Assembly: GCA_030753015.1 (NCBI GenBank)
Contig: JASMDC010000017.1
Span: forward strand, 8,662 to 72,661
Length of the DNA: 64,000 nucleotides
Direction: 5' to 3'
From: Candidatus Undinarchaeales archaeon
Lineage (GTDB): Archaea > SpSt-1190 > JASMDC01
A program made the position numbers and the translations under genes. Positions 28,329-38,800 of this stretch are shown here, one piece after another. How positions within the stretch are numbered: the stretch's first letter is position 1; each line of letters begins with the position of its first letter. Under the pieces are notes generated by a model, which searched no databases, had not been told where the DNA came from, and saw nothing but the letters and a program-made list of their open reading frames with translations.

Positions 28329-28637
28329 GTGGCCGATATATGTAAGGTCTGTGGACTGCCTGAGGACCTTTGTGTCTGCGAGGCGATCGCGAAGGAGACC
28401 CAGAAGATCACCGTGAGAACGGTGACCCGGCGTTATGGGAAGAAGATTACGATAATAGAGGGCATTGAAGGCAAGCACATCGATACCAAGCAGCTTGCCA
28501 AGAAGCTGAAATCCTACCTTGCGTGTGGAGGCACTCTGAAGAAAGATTCTATCGAGCTCCAGGGTGCCCAGGCGCGCAAGGCCAAGGTGGCCCTCATCAA
28601 GTTCGGCTTCCCACCTGAGTCGGTAGTACTGACCTAG
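28329..28637 (+). CDS. sui1: Translation initiation factor aIF1 (SUI1)
   Basis: CKVCGLPEDLCVCE, RRYGKKITIIEG, LACGGT, IELQG. Confidence 0.95.
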   Translation: MADICKVCGLPEDLCVCEAIAKETQKITVRTVTRRYGKKITIIEGIEGKHIDTKQLAKKLKSYLACGGTLKKDSIELQGAQARKAKVALIKFGFPPESVVLT

Positions 28638-28691
28638 ATGCCCTACGGGCATACTCGGCAGTAAGGTCCCCCTACGCCCTAGGAACGGCTA

Positions 28692-29765
28692 TCACTTGAA
28701 CAATTGAAAGAGCGACGCCGCCACTTCGAACGGATCAGTAGTGATTATGCTCGACCCGTACAGCTCCATCGCAGCTATATCCGAACTGGGATGGGCGGGA
28801 TCTCCCCGGTCCACCAACCGGACCACGACTGGGAATCCTTCCCAGCGCGGATCATCGGGCGGTGGGATGGCGATGGCGAGGTTGAAGGCCCTGGTGCCGA
28901 GCTTGTGGAGATGATGGTCGAGCACGCGGAACACCGCTTCCTTCAGGGCGTCGGTTACCGTCGGGGAAAATAGAATGACCTCCCGCTCCTTGATGGGTGT
29001 GAGGTTCACGAGCACCCGCACGTCCCGCCACTCACGGCCGAGGCCCAGAGCATGCTGGAGATCGGACAGGTCGTCGAAGTAGTCGGCACCGTGCGCCTCC
29101 AGATAGCGGGCAGCAGCGGCTCGTAGGTGTTCAACGTGGGCGTAGTGGAGCCCTTTGGAGCACACGACCTGGGCATGACCGTGGATGATGGACGCCCCGC
29201 CCTTCCAGAGGCAGTTCCAGATTATTAGCACGTTCTTGGCATCTGGATCGAGCTGCCTGCACCGGTCGGCCCAGGCGAGAGCGCAGTCGATGTAGTCGGC
29301 CACCCGCTCAGAAGAGATGTGCAGGGGGTCGTGCTCATCGAACACGATCAGACCATGTAAACCGTCGTACTTGGCGATGTTCGATGCTGTGACACAATGC
29401 TTACCCTTCACGCGCCCGAACGGATCCTCAGGCGTGAGGTCGAGGGGCGTGCAGAATGGGCCTCCGCTGCTTCTCTTCACCTCATCTGACACGTCCCCGA
29501 GCGGCTTGGCGTCAAGTGGGCGATGGGCACGCAGGGGATTGAACAACGAGCCCTCACCCACTACGGTGTTCATCACGTGGACTATTTGTTGTGACGTTAC
29601 GGCTTCGATGCTCCCGAACCGGTTTGCCACCCATCCCTCCATCGGGGGAGGTACGCTCAGAGCCCCCGTGGATGATCGCACATCAAAGATACGCTCCCAC
29701 CGCGCACGGTCGCCGGGGGACAACCGTTCGACGAGTCCTGGAAGGTCGAGGATGGTGGCAGCCAT
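28692..29765 (-). CDS. GalT/HIT-superfamily nucleotidyltransferase-like protein
   Basis: FNPLRAHRP, PFC.P, IIWNCLWKGGASIIHGHAQ (HxHxQ). Confidence 0.75.
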   Translation of the reverse strand: MAATILDLPGLVERLSPGDRARWERIFDVRSSTGALSVPPPMEGWVANRFGSIEAVTSQQIVHVMNTVVGEGSLFNPLRAHRPLDAKPLGDVSDEVKRSSGGPFCTPLDLTPEDPFGRVKGKHCVTASNIAKYDGLHGLIVFDEHDPLHISSERVADYIDCALAWADRCRQLDPDAKNVLIIWNCLWKGGASIIHGHAQVVCSKGLHYAHVEHLRAAAARYLEAHGADYFDDLSDLQHALGLGREWRDVRVLVNLTPIKEREVILFSPTVTDALKEAVFRVLDHHLHKLGTRAFNLAIAIPPPDDPRWEGFPVVVRLVDRGDPAHPSSDIAAMELYGSSIITTDPFEVAASLFQLFK

Positions 29766-29854
29766 TCCCTCGATGAGGCCGACGTGACTTTTATGTGTTG
29801 GCGCCCCGGTCGCCGGTGAAACCCTTTAATTTCTTGGCATTGATGAGCAGGCCT

Positions 29855-30115
29855 ATGGATGAAATCCCGATCGCCGCCATCGGCGAGAAGGCCAAGGACA
29901 CCCTCAGGCAGGAGACAAGGCGCTTCTTGGAGATCGACCGAGAGATCAACCAGGCGTTCATGTTCGGCTTCATGGCCGGGGGCCTCCTGGGGATTGCCGT
30001 TGGCTACGCCCTGCACGAGCTTGAGATCCCGCAGGAAGTCGAGACCGCCAGTCAGTTCTCGTACGAGGACGTGGCGGAGGACATCAAGTCCCGGCTCCGC
30101 ACGGCTCTGCAGTAG
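29855..30115 (+). CDS. Small membrane protein
   Basis: FMFGFMAGGLLGIAVGYAL TM; TTTAAT about 25 nt upstream. Confidence 0.6.
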   Translation: MDEIPIAAIGEKAKDTLRQETRRFLEIDREINQAFMFGFMAGGLLGIAVGYALHELEIPQEVETASQFSYEDVAEDIKSRLRTALQ

Positions 30116-30247
30116 TGCCGAAGTCGGATGGGCATTCCCCTCGCTCGGCCGAAGCACCGCAGACCTTACTGTCATGCACTCCTATTTAGGATTGCCCTCT
30201 AGCGCCAAGGCTGCAAAATCGAGAATTGTTCGTGACGGACCTTTCGC

Positions 30248-30868
30248 TCACCAGCCGCCTTCGCTGTCGCTCCATCCCTCGCTGGATTCGTTACTCCAGC
30301 TCTGCTGCTGTTCGGCCGGTTGCTCCTGCGGAGCGCTCTCCTGCGGAGGCGGTGCGGGGGGCTGCCCCGTATCGGGGTAATCGGCTCTTGCGTCGTCTTG
30401 TTCCGCGCTTTCCTGGGCGGGCTGGCCCTTGTACTGGTCGAGCTTCTGTTCCTCGGCCTTTCGTTCCTCGGCCCGCTCCTGGATGGAGAGCACGACGAAG
30501 ATGACCATCCCGACGAGGGAGCCAAAGAAGGTGCCGATGCAAACGTAGAACATCTTGCCTGTTGTACCATCCCACTGGTTGCTAGCTTGGATGCAGGTCC
30601 GCTCGGTCAGCTGCGGAGTGGTATCGCCGTTGAGATCGGTACATGAACCCTCCCACAGCTGCGCCATGGTGTCGGTGAGGGTCCAGCAATCGGGATCGTT
30701 CTCCTTCGTGCACTCCTCCGGGCACTTCTTGTCGCTCTCTTTCTGGCACACAGCAGGGGCACCGCCGCCTTCACCACTTCCGCCCCACTCTTCCCACTCT
30801 TCCTCAGCTGCAACTCCTATCAGGAGAAGCGTTATTAGGACGAACGTAAGAGTATATCGGCGGTCCAT
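30248..30868 (-). CDS. Membrane protein with Cys-rich extracellular module and acidic Q/P-rich tail
   Basis: Signal peptide; CQKESDKKCPEECTKENDPDC; TM; TATA 25 nt upstream of ATG 30868. Confidence 0.72.
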   Translation of the reverse strand: MDRRYTLTFVLITLLLIGVAAEEEWEEWGGSGEGGGAPAVCQKESDKKCPEECTKENDPDCWTLTDTMAQLWEGSCTDLNGDTTPQLTERTCIQASNQWDGTTGKMFYVCIGTFFGSLVGMVIFVVLSIQERAEERKAEEQKLDQYKGQPAQESAEQDDARADYPDTGQPPAPPPQESAPQEQPAEQQQSWSNESSEGWSDSEGGW

Positions 30869-30915
30869 ATGTAGAAGGAAGGACGTCATCAATTATATAT
30901 GAGCGTGTTCCGGGG

Positions 30916-32070
30916 CTATGGTATACCCTTTACGGGCAGGGAGGTACATCGCTTCTCCAACGTGCTCCAATCGGTCGCTAGAGGGGCGATCGTGGGTGCC
31001 GGTCGTGAGGAAATAACGCTCCGGATCTCGGTTGCTCGGTCAGCGCTCACCGGATGGGTCGAGGCCACCTCCATGAAGTCCTCTAGTAGGGTGTCGTCCG
31101 CTGCCAAGCGGTCGAAGAATCGGGGGAGACCGTCAGGATCGAGCCTAGCGGCATAGAGGACCTCCAGGCCCACAGCGTCCGCATCCCGCTCCTGTTCCCT
31201 GCTGAACGCAAGGGCGGAGAGCTGGCCCGCGAGGGGTACCAAGTCCACGATGTCCGAGTCGGTCCCGCTCATGATGATCGCCACCATGATCCTGATACCA
31301 GCGTTAGCGACCACGTTCCGCAGACCATGGCGTTCGGTCACGTGGGCCATCTCGTGGCCGAGCACTCCTGCGACCTCGTGAGGGTCGTCGGTGACGTTAA
31401 GAAGGCCGTAGGTCACGAACATCCGTCCTCCTGGGAGGGCGAACGCGTTCACCATATTGGTATCGATGATGGTGAAGTTGAAGGTATATCGCTGGTCGCC
31501 CGATGCTGCCACGAGCCGATCGGTGACCTCCGCGAGGGCGGTATAAAGCTCTGTGTTCGTGCACTCGCCATAATTTCGAGTGATATCCCCGGCGGCAGCG
31601 GCCCCGAGCGATACCTCCCAGTCGACCGGGATCCTGTCAACCGCCATATCGAGGAGAATGGGGACACCGGCATAGATTCCTGCGAGGAAAACAACGATGA
31701 ATAGAACGAACAGGGCCAACGCCACCTTCTGCCCTGAAGAGTGCGCTTCCTTCGCCGATGCCAGCTTGTCGATCCGCTCGATAACAGATGGATGTGCGCC
31801 CGAGCTCCTGATGATGTCGGGGAGCGAGTCCTCGTTGATGTAGATAAGGAGGTCCTTACTCAAAGCATGGCCCTTGAACACCCAGAACTCGTCATCGGGC
31901 CCAAGCTCCATGGTGACGGATCCGTACGTGAGCCGGAGGGGGCCCTGGTCCTTCATGGTAATCTCGATGGCCGAGGGGAGGAACCGCACTCTCACTGGTG
32001 TCGACTCGCCCTTCTCCCCCAGGCCGAACAAGGTGGCCGGGAGCTCGCTTCGGGGCTCGGCCATTACCAT
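30916..32070 (-). CDS. M48-family Zn metallopeptidase
   Basis: VNAFALPGG, VLGHEMAHV, FSREQERDAD, STHP. Confidence 0.92.
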   Translation of the reverse strand: MVMAEPRSELPATLFGLGEKGESTPVRVRFLPSAIEITMKDQGPLRLTYGSVTMELGPDDEFWVFKGHALSKDLLIYINEDSLPDIIRSSGAHPSVIERIDKLASAKEAHSSGQKVALALFVLFIVVFLAGIYAGVPILLDMAVDRIPVDWEVSLGAAAAGDITRNYGECTNTELYTALAEVTDRLVAASGDQRYTFNFTIIDTNMVNAFALPGGRMFVTYGLLNVTDDPHEVAGVLGHEMAHVTERHGLRNVVANAGIRIMVAIIMSGTDSDIVDLVPLAGQLSALAFSREQERDADAVGLEVLYAARLDPDGLPRFFDRLAADDTLLEDFMEVASTHPVSADRATEIRSVISSRPAPTIAPLATDWSTLEKRCTSLPVKGIP

Positions 32071-32106
32071 ACCGATGGGGTGCGGAACGTTAAGTATGTT
32101 GCGCCG

Positions 32107-33570
32107 CTATGAGCTTTCCAGCAACCCGGTCCGCCGGTTGAAGTCCTCGATGAGCTCGTCGTACCGCTCGGCCATGTGCCAGCGGTCCGGCCAGTAATTT
32201 GGATCGTTCCACTGGGCATTGAGCTCGGCAAGGTCCTTTCCCTGCTGCTCGATCCACGTGAAGTACTTGAGGTTGTGGATACGCTTGCGGTCGTAGTGTC
32301 CGAGCTCCTTCATGAAGTCCGTCTTGAGGCCGTGGATATCCCTGTGGAATGCCAAGATGGCGTCGTCGCGCGTGAATGGCCCGTTCTGGACATTCTGCTC
32401 CTCGAGACGTGAGCCGTACATCCCCATGGAGTCGGTGAAGATAGTGAAGAGGACATCGCTCTCGCCCAGCTCGAAGTACTTGGCAGCTTTGATGCACGTC
32501 ATCATGTTGCTGATCGAGGATATGCCCAGTAGAGGGAGTTTGTCGATGAGCTCTTGGGAGACGCCCTGGTCCACAAGGTATTTCTTGCCGGCCTCCTCGT
32601 TGAAAAGACGCATGGCGTTCATTACCGGAACGTCGTCCATAGCGACGATCATATCCGTGTTCTTCACATTGTGCACCCATGGGACGTGCTTGTCGCCGAT
32701 ACCCTCGATTCGGTGAGCGCCGAAGCCGTTCATGAGCAGTGTTGGGCACTGGAGGGCCTCGCTGGCTATGACCTTGGACGTGGGGTATCGCTCTTTGAGG
32801 TACTCGCCGGCACCGATTGTACCCGCGGACCCGGTCGCAACGCAGTAGCCGAAGTACCTGTCCCCGGTGCGCATTTCCTTTTTCAACACGTCCTCGATCG
32901 CGTGACCTGTGACCTCATAGTGCCAGAGGGGATTGCCGGGCTCATCGAACTGGTTGAAGATGGTCAGGGCATCCCCGCTACGCCTGAGCTCCCAGCATTT
33001 ATCATAGATCTCCTTGACGTTGGACTCGCACCCGGGCGTGGCGATGACCTCGCTTCCGATGGACTTGAGCCACTCGAACCGCTCCTTGCTCATCTCCTCA
33101 GGGAGGATGGCTACTGAGTGGCAGCCCATGAGGGAGGACACATAGGCACCACCCCGGCAGTAGTTCCCCGTGGAAGGCCACACGGCCTTCTCGTTGATCG
33201 GATCGAACTCCCCCGTGACCAAGCGGGGCGCCAGGCATCCATAGGCCGCTCCGACCTTGTGGGCGCCAGTGGGGAACCACTTGCCGACCAAGGCAATGAT
33301 CCTGGTGTCGACACCAGTGAGCTCAGGGGGCATCTCCAAATAATTGACGCCATTGAACCCACCGTTCGACATATCGTTCTTCCAGGAGATGCGGAAAAGA
33401 TTAGATGAGTCCACGTCCCAAAGCCCGATGTCCTTCAGCTTCTGTGAGATCTTGTCTGGTACGAGGTCGGGATTCTTCATCTGCTTGAATGTGGGAAGGA
33501 TTATGTTGCGCTCCCGGAATCTCTCGATGGTCTTTTGAACCCGCTTCTCGTTGATGGTGATGTCCAGCAT
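32107..33570 (-). CDS. PLP-dependent fold-type II enzyme (cysteine synthase/TrpB superfamily)
   Basis: FPTGAHKVGA (PLP Lys), PSTGNY, NQF, GSAGT, HRIEGIG. Confidence 0.88.
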   Translation of the reverse strand: MLDITINEKRVQKTIERFRERNIILPTFKQMKNPDLVPDKISQKLKDIGLWDVDSSNLFRISWKNDMSNGGFNGVNYLEMPPELTGVDTRIIALVGKWFPTGAHKVGAAYGCLAPRLVTGEFDPINEKAVWPSTGNYCRGGAYVSSLMGCHSVAILPEEMSKERFEWLKSIGSEVIATPGCESNVKEIYDKCWELRRSGDALTIFNQFDEPGNPLWHYEVTGHAIEDVLKKEMRTGDRYFGYCVATGSAGTIGAGEYLKERYPTSKVIASEALQCPTLLMNGFGAHRIEGIGDKHVPWVHNVKNTDMIVAMDDVPVMNAMRLFNEEAGKKYLVDQGVSQELIDKLPLLGISSISNMMTCIKAAKYFELGESDVLFTIFTDSMGMYGSRLEEQNVQNGPFTRDDAILAFHRDIHGLKTDFMKELGHYDRKRIHNLKYFTWIEQQGKDLAELNAQWNDPNYWPDRWHMAERYDELIEDFNRRTGLLESS

Positions 33571-33814
33571 GGGTGGTGTCCCCTACCCGCCAGAGCGGGT
33601 CGCAGGGGACAACAGTGTTAACTATAAATGGGTTTTGCACGAGCAGGTCCGACGTGATCTCACTAGCCCTGTACCGGTCCTATTGCCGCCAGTCGATTCG
33701 GCGATCCATGCATATCGGGCCCCACGTGCGATCATATGGGGATGGATGATGATAATGCTGAGGATGTGAGGGGGGCGGTCCTAGATGAAGGCGGAATCAT
33801 ACGCAGAGCCACTC

Positions 33815-34015
33815 GTTTACTGTACTGTAGGATAAAATCAAATAATTCATTATGATTTGCATAATTATCACGTAATTTTACTAATAACGGACAATTTGTA
33901 GCTATAATCACGCATGGGGCGTTTTTATCCCGAATACAAGACTGGCTTCCGGTGTCACGATTAGCGTAAAAAACGGGATAAGGGATGCCAATAAAGCAAA
34001 TCAATTTAAAGGAAA
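33815..34015. other. AT-rich intergenic island upstream of MC1
   Basis: About 200 nt far more AT-rich than its flanks, with short inverted repeats. Confidence 0.6.
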
Positions 34016-34043
34016 ACGCTATCGGGGAAGGCAGTGTGATATC

Positions 34044-34316
34044 ATGGCTGGAAATGTCAAGTACTTTGTTCTACAGCAGAACGGTAAGGACAGCAACCAC
34101 GTCTTCTCCGGTAAGCAGCCCCGCGCCGCTGCCCTGAAGGCTGCCGCTCGCGGCTTCAAGAAGATCGAACTCCGAGAGCGCGGTGCCAAGCGCATCCATA
34201 TCTTCGAGGGCAATGTGAAGGTCGTTGACGCGCCTCCGAATGCCCCCTCCTGGATGCCGGCGAAGGTCAAGAAGGCCAACGTCAAGAAGCTCGGCATCAA
34301 GCGCCTCGACAAGTAA
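34044..34316 (+). CDS. Non-histone chromosomal protein MC1
   Basis: YFVL...HVFSGKQPRAAALKAAARG...LRERG..RIHIFEG...PSWMP...KANVKK. Confidence 0.92.
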   Translation: MAGNVKYFVLQQNGKDSNHVFSGKQPRAAALKAAARGFKKIELRERGAKRIHIFEGNVKVVDAPPNAPSWMPAKVKKANVKKLGIKRLDK

Positions 34317-34338
34317 GTCCGAGACGCAAGGTTGCATT

Positions 34339-34380
34339 GGGGGTCGGGTCCATCCGGCCCCCTTCCTTGTTTTTTTTCTT
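34339..34380 (+). terminator. Hairpin plus U-tract terminator after MC1
   Basis: GGGGGTCGG-gtccat-CCGGCCCCC followed by TTCCTTGTTTTTTTTCTT. Confidence 0.75.
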
Positions 34381-34420
34381 ATCCCCGCCCGGTCCTACTT
34401 GCAGTTATGAGAAAGTATTC

Positions 34421-35302
34421 TCAATGGCGTTTCCGCCACTTCTGTTCTCTGGAATAGTACCAGATGCCCACGGCGATAGCACCAACGAAGAACCCCGCCT
34501 CGAGGATGTCCACGATGTTATACAGAGGCTCTAGAATGGAAGCGGGCTCTTCCCATTCGTCATTCTCCTCAGGCACGCAATAATACCTTTCCTTGTCGCA
34601 TCGTTTGCCGCTTGAGCAGTGAACGTTGGATAGACAGCATATGTTGCCCGCGAGGCAGCAGACGAAAACGCAGTTGCCCGAGGCGCACCTGCTATCATCA
34701 GCACACCGCTCTCCGGCATCGAGTAGGCGTAGGTGTGGTGGTTCCGTTGCGGTAGCTACTGTCGGTACGGGGGACGGTGTACTTCCTGCGACCTCGCTCG
34801 GTACCGGGCTGACCGCGACCGAGGGTGCAGGGGTCGGCGTAGGCTCCCGTTGATACTGGACGAGGACAAAGGAGTTCCCGAAGATTGTGATATCCTCGCA
34901 ATAGCCGAGCCGCTGGGTGACACGGAGGGTGATGGTGTTCTCGCCCTTACCCAGATTATAATCGTGCGTACCGAGATCCCAGCGCATGTTGAAGTTAGAG
35001 CGTACGGTCCACCAGTCGGAATAGGTGCGCTCTCCAGGGACGGGGACGCCGTTGACGATGACGTGGAGTCGCGGTGCATAGGTGCTCGACGCATGGATGT
35101 TGAGGGTGGTCGACTCGGGTCTCTCGGGCACTGTGAAGGGGATGGAGATTTCCGTGACGAGCTCGCGGTCCTCGGAGGTGCATTTGAAGGTCTTTGTGGG
35201 GGATCCCAGGTCATCGAACGTCATCTCGTCTTGGAACCACTCCCCCGCAGCGTGGGTCATCATTACGAGGATGACGATGATCCAGACCGCGTTCCGGTGC
35301 AT
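34421..35302 (-). CDS. Surface protein: signal peptide, beta-sandwich, PT linker, Cys-rich knot, C-terminal TM
   Basis: CADDSRCASGNCVFVCCLAGNICCLSNVHCSSGKRC; terminal TM plus basic tail. Confidence 0.75.
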   Translation of the reverse strand: MHRNAVWIIVILVMMTHAAGEWFQDEMTFDDLGSPTKTFKCTSEDRELVTEISIPFTVPERPESTTLNIHASSTYAPRLHVIVNGVPVPGERTYSDWWTVRSNFNMRWDLGTHDYNLGKGENTITLRVTQRLGYCEDITIFGNSFVLVQYQREPTPTPAPSVAVSPVPSEVAGSTPSPVPTVATATEPPHLRLLDAGERCADDSRCASGNCVFVCCLAGNICCLSNVHCSSGKRCDKERYYCVPEENDEWEEPASILEPLYNIVDILEAGFFVGAIAVGIWYYSREQKWRKRH

Positions 35303-35355
35303 GGCATTGACGTGTACGTTCTTCTTAATAAGACTGAGTCCCAGGGCATTCGCCC

Positions 35356-35868
35356 CTATCGTTCTTCTTCCTCATCCTCGTCAAGAAGGTAGTCGGGCGT
35401 TGGTGACCAGGTCCCAACGAGCACGGCCGCCATGAACACCAGTACAAGGAGCACACCGAGCCCTGTGGACCCGAACGCGAGCCCCACTGCTGCGAAAGCC
35501 AGGAAGGCACCGAGGAGCATCACGCCCCGTCGGAGCCCGCTCACCTCGTCCTCGCCCCCGAAAAGGTAGCTGAAGAGGTACGTGGCTGAAAGACCGACCA
35601 CTAGGAACACGGGGAACATGAGATTCTGGGCCTGGATCATTGTCGCAGCAAGTGCGGAGCTCGCCCTGCTCGCGCCCATGAAGAGCGTAAGGGCCCAGAA
35701 ACCTAGCAAAGTGGCAACGAATGTACGTTCACGGAACCCCCACCGGCCATCACCCTCTCGGTCGAGAGCGGCATGGAATACATAGGTGGCCGCCAGGGCG
35801 ACGACGGGGCCGGCAACCAGAAGGGAGACGAGGAGCTGTAGCTCCATGCCAGCAGTGGCCATGATCAC
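35356..35868 (-). CDS. Hypothetical multi-pass membrane protein
   Basis: About 5 hydrophobic segments; GTGA overlap with upstream gene. Confidence 0.7.
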   Translation of the reverse strand: MIMATAGMELQLLVSLLVAGPVVALAATYVFHAALDREGDGRWGFRERTFVATLLGFWALTLFMGASRASSALAATMIQAQNLMFPVFLVVGLSATYLFSYLFGGEDEVSGLRRGVMLLGAFLAFAAVGLAFGSTGLGVLLVLVFMAAVLVGTWSPTPDYLLDEDEEEER

Positions 35869-38800
35869 CGTCCTTCGCTGCTCGTCTCGTGCCCCAGGGT
35901 CTCAAGCTCGCGTTGGAGGAGCGTGAGCTCGCGCTCGCCAAGAGCGAACCTGCTCACCGTTACGATGAGTGAGGTATCACCCATGGACACACGGTCCCTG
36001 AGGGATTGGATGGCTCGGAACACGGAGTCGAAACCGTTGTGGCCCACCAGGTACTCCATCCCGTCCAGGAGCACGACCGACGATGGCGAGTCCTCGACGA
36101 AACGCTTGATAGCCTGGACCGTGTCGATATGCGATGGGCTTAGGGTCACGTTATCGATGGATTGTTCGTCAGTGAGCCAACGCACTGCGACATCCTCGGT
36201 CAGTCCGTAGCGACGGCGAAGGATTTCAGGATTGGTACGAGTGATACAGAGGGTGGGCTTTCCGAGAGTGTGGGCGTATGCAAGGAGGCGAAAGCTCGTT
36301 CCGGGTTTGCTCTCGATCACTAGGTAGGAGCATCCAGAGCGAACGGCATAATCCTCTTCGGCAACGAGAACGGGCTCGGGCACCTCCAAGGGTTGGGGTG
36401 TGTCGACAGGGGCCTGTGTGGGGCCCGTAGTGGTGGGGATGGGAGCTACCACCGCATTGGCCAGTGGCCTGGTGATGTCCAGAGATCCGAGCGCCTTCCT
36501 GCTACGTCCGATAGCTGCAAGTGCTGGGCCATCCAGTACTGCACCAAGGGCCTGGCGGCGTGGTACTGGTGGGAGGGGCGAGAGGGCGACCTGAGCGAGC
36601 GCTCGGTAGACGTCGGTCCGGCCTGCTTCCAGAGAGGCGATGAGCAGAGGCCGGGCCTCGGCGTCGAGCACCCTGCGTAGACAACGAACACGGGCGAGGG
36701 TCGTAGCGGCCCCAATGCCCACAGTTTCAAGGACACCCTCAAGAGCGTGAAGGTCCTCGGAGCCGGGTGCTCGGCGAGCCCAGGCAATCCCTTTGACACG
36801 GTCTTGGAGCGCCAAGGTCCGCCGTGCATCCGCTAGTACCCGGTCGGTCCCCGCTGTCGCGAGGACAACCTTCATCCTCCGCACACAGTCCGGTGGGAAC
36901 AGGAGGAGGTCGATCAAACGGATGAGCGCACCTTCCTGGGAAAGTTCTCTATTGGCATAGCGACCGATGGTATCGAGGGCTAAATGTACTGCAGGGATTG
37001 GATTATCGACCGATGCAAGCTCATTGGTAATGTCTATGAGGAGGTCGCGACGCTCGTCGGTGGGCGCCTCGCAGATAGCGGGGACTGACCTGAGGATGAG
37101 CCGGTATTCTTTGGTCTCGCATCCCTCTGCTGCCGGGCAGAACATGCACGGGGCAGGAGCGGACCGCCCCTCGAGCACCTCCAGGCTATGCTCCAGGTAG
37201 CCCATGAGCTTTGTGATGGACGAGCACTCCACCTCGGCACTGATCTTATGTACGGTTGCTAGTACGTCCGCCAGCGAGACGGCGCTCGTCCTAGCAAGGA
37301 GCGCGATGCCCGCTGCTTCGGGCACTAGGTGTGCAGAGGATGTCTCGCCTTCTACGAGGAGACGGGCTGCAAGGTCATCAGCGAAGCTGGTGGGAGGAAG
37401 AAGCTCACGCGCCACGGCACCGACGTCACCCGCGGGAGGCGGTGTGGAAAGACCGGCTGCAGTGAGCATGCTCCAAGGTCCTCCTGAACCGGGGTCCGGT
37501 GGAGGCCAGCCGGGGAGGGCAATGGGACTGATGCGAGGGCATTGGAGGTCGAACTCAGTAAGGACCTTTACTGTCGATTGGTGCCCGGCCGTGGCCTTGA
37601 GCAGGGATGCGAACGTGGGTCCTGCCAGTTCGGGAGGAGCGTCCCTTGGTGGGAGGAGCGTGGAAATCCGCTCGTTCAGGAGTCGCTCGGCCAGATGCTC
37701 CAGGATCGAACGTTCTCGCATCTTGGAGAGGGCCTTGGCACGTCTGGCAGGATCGGATACGGCGTCGAACGTGCGGACGATGGCCGCCTCTGTCTGATCG
37801 GAGGTGAGCACCTTGGTGAGAGCGAGGAGAGCATCCATGTGGAGCCAAGGGTCCTGGATGCTCTCGGTCATCTCCAAGAGGGCATCGGTCCGATCGGCGA
37901 GTTCAGCGCCCACGATCTCAGGTCCCACGAGGTCTCCCAGTATCCCGAGTGATGTGGCCCTTTCCCAAGGATCTGAGATGTCAGTGCACGTCCGTACTAG
38001 CTCTCTGAGGAGTGGCGTCAGGTGGTCGCGAACCGCTCCGGCGACGTACTGGCTTGAAGCAGCTAGGTCACGGAGCACTTCCAGTCTACGGGGGAGGGCC
38101 TTGATGTCAGCAGCGGGTACAAGCGCCTCGAGAGCCGTGCCGGCGACCGCCTCGAGGAGGTCGGGGCGTGGCGTACAATGTGCACGTGCACCCTTGATCA
38201 CGTGAGCGGTATGCTCGGGATCGGGCAGTTCTATCGCTGCAGCGAGCACCGTGCGGGCCGTATCCCTCGGGCATCCTGAGGAGAGCTTGAGGAGGCTGCG
38301 CACTGCCTCGGCACGGCTCCACGGGTCCTCCAGTTCGGCCAGCTCGTGGAGAACTCTTGGGACGAGGCCCTCCATGAGCCGGCAGAACGCGGCGTCCGAT
38401 AGAGGGGCTCGGGCGAGATGGGCAAGGAGCGTTACTGCCTCGTCCGGTCTCGAATCCTTCACGAGATCAATTGCCGCTTCCATGGCAGTTTGGGGTGCAC
38501 GGTCACCCAGACCTTCGACGAGGTGGAAGAGCGTGCGACAACGTTCCTTTCGGGGCAGGGATGTGGCATCGATGACAATGCTGTCGGCGAATCCGACCAT
38601 ACTATCCGGACCGAGCGCCTGACCCAGTGCGGCTGCCCATCGTGCTCGACTAGAGACGTCGGACTCGGCCATTTCTCGCATGAGCCAATCCCCCATCTCT
38701 GCTGCACTGGCAGATGGGAATGCTGCGAGGAAGGTGGCAGCGCGCCTGGGCGCGTCCTCAGCAACGATGGAAGAGAGGACTTCCTTGGCCTGGCGCGAGA

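Noticed and set aside
28657-30173. 12-bp imperfect inverted repeat (GGCAGTAAGGTC / GACCTTACTGTC) flanking the GalT-like gene
   Set aside because: Short, with no transposase, recombinase or target-site duplication; probably chance
33744-33790. Box C/D sRNA (ATGATGA...CTGA)
   Set aside because: Only 5 nt between the C and D' boxes and no convincing terminal D box
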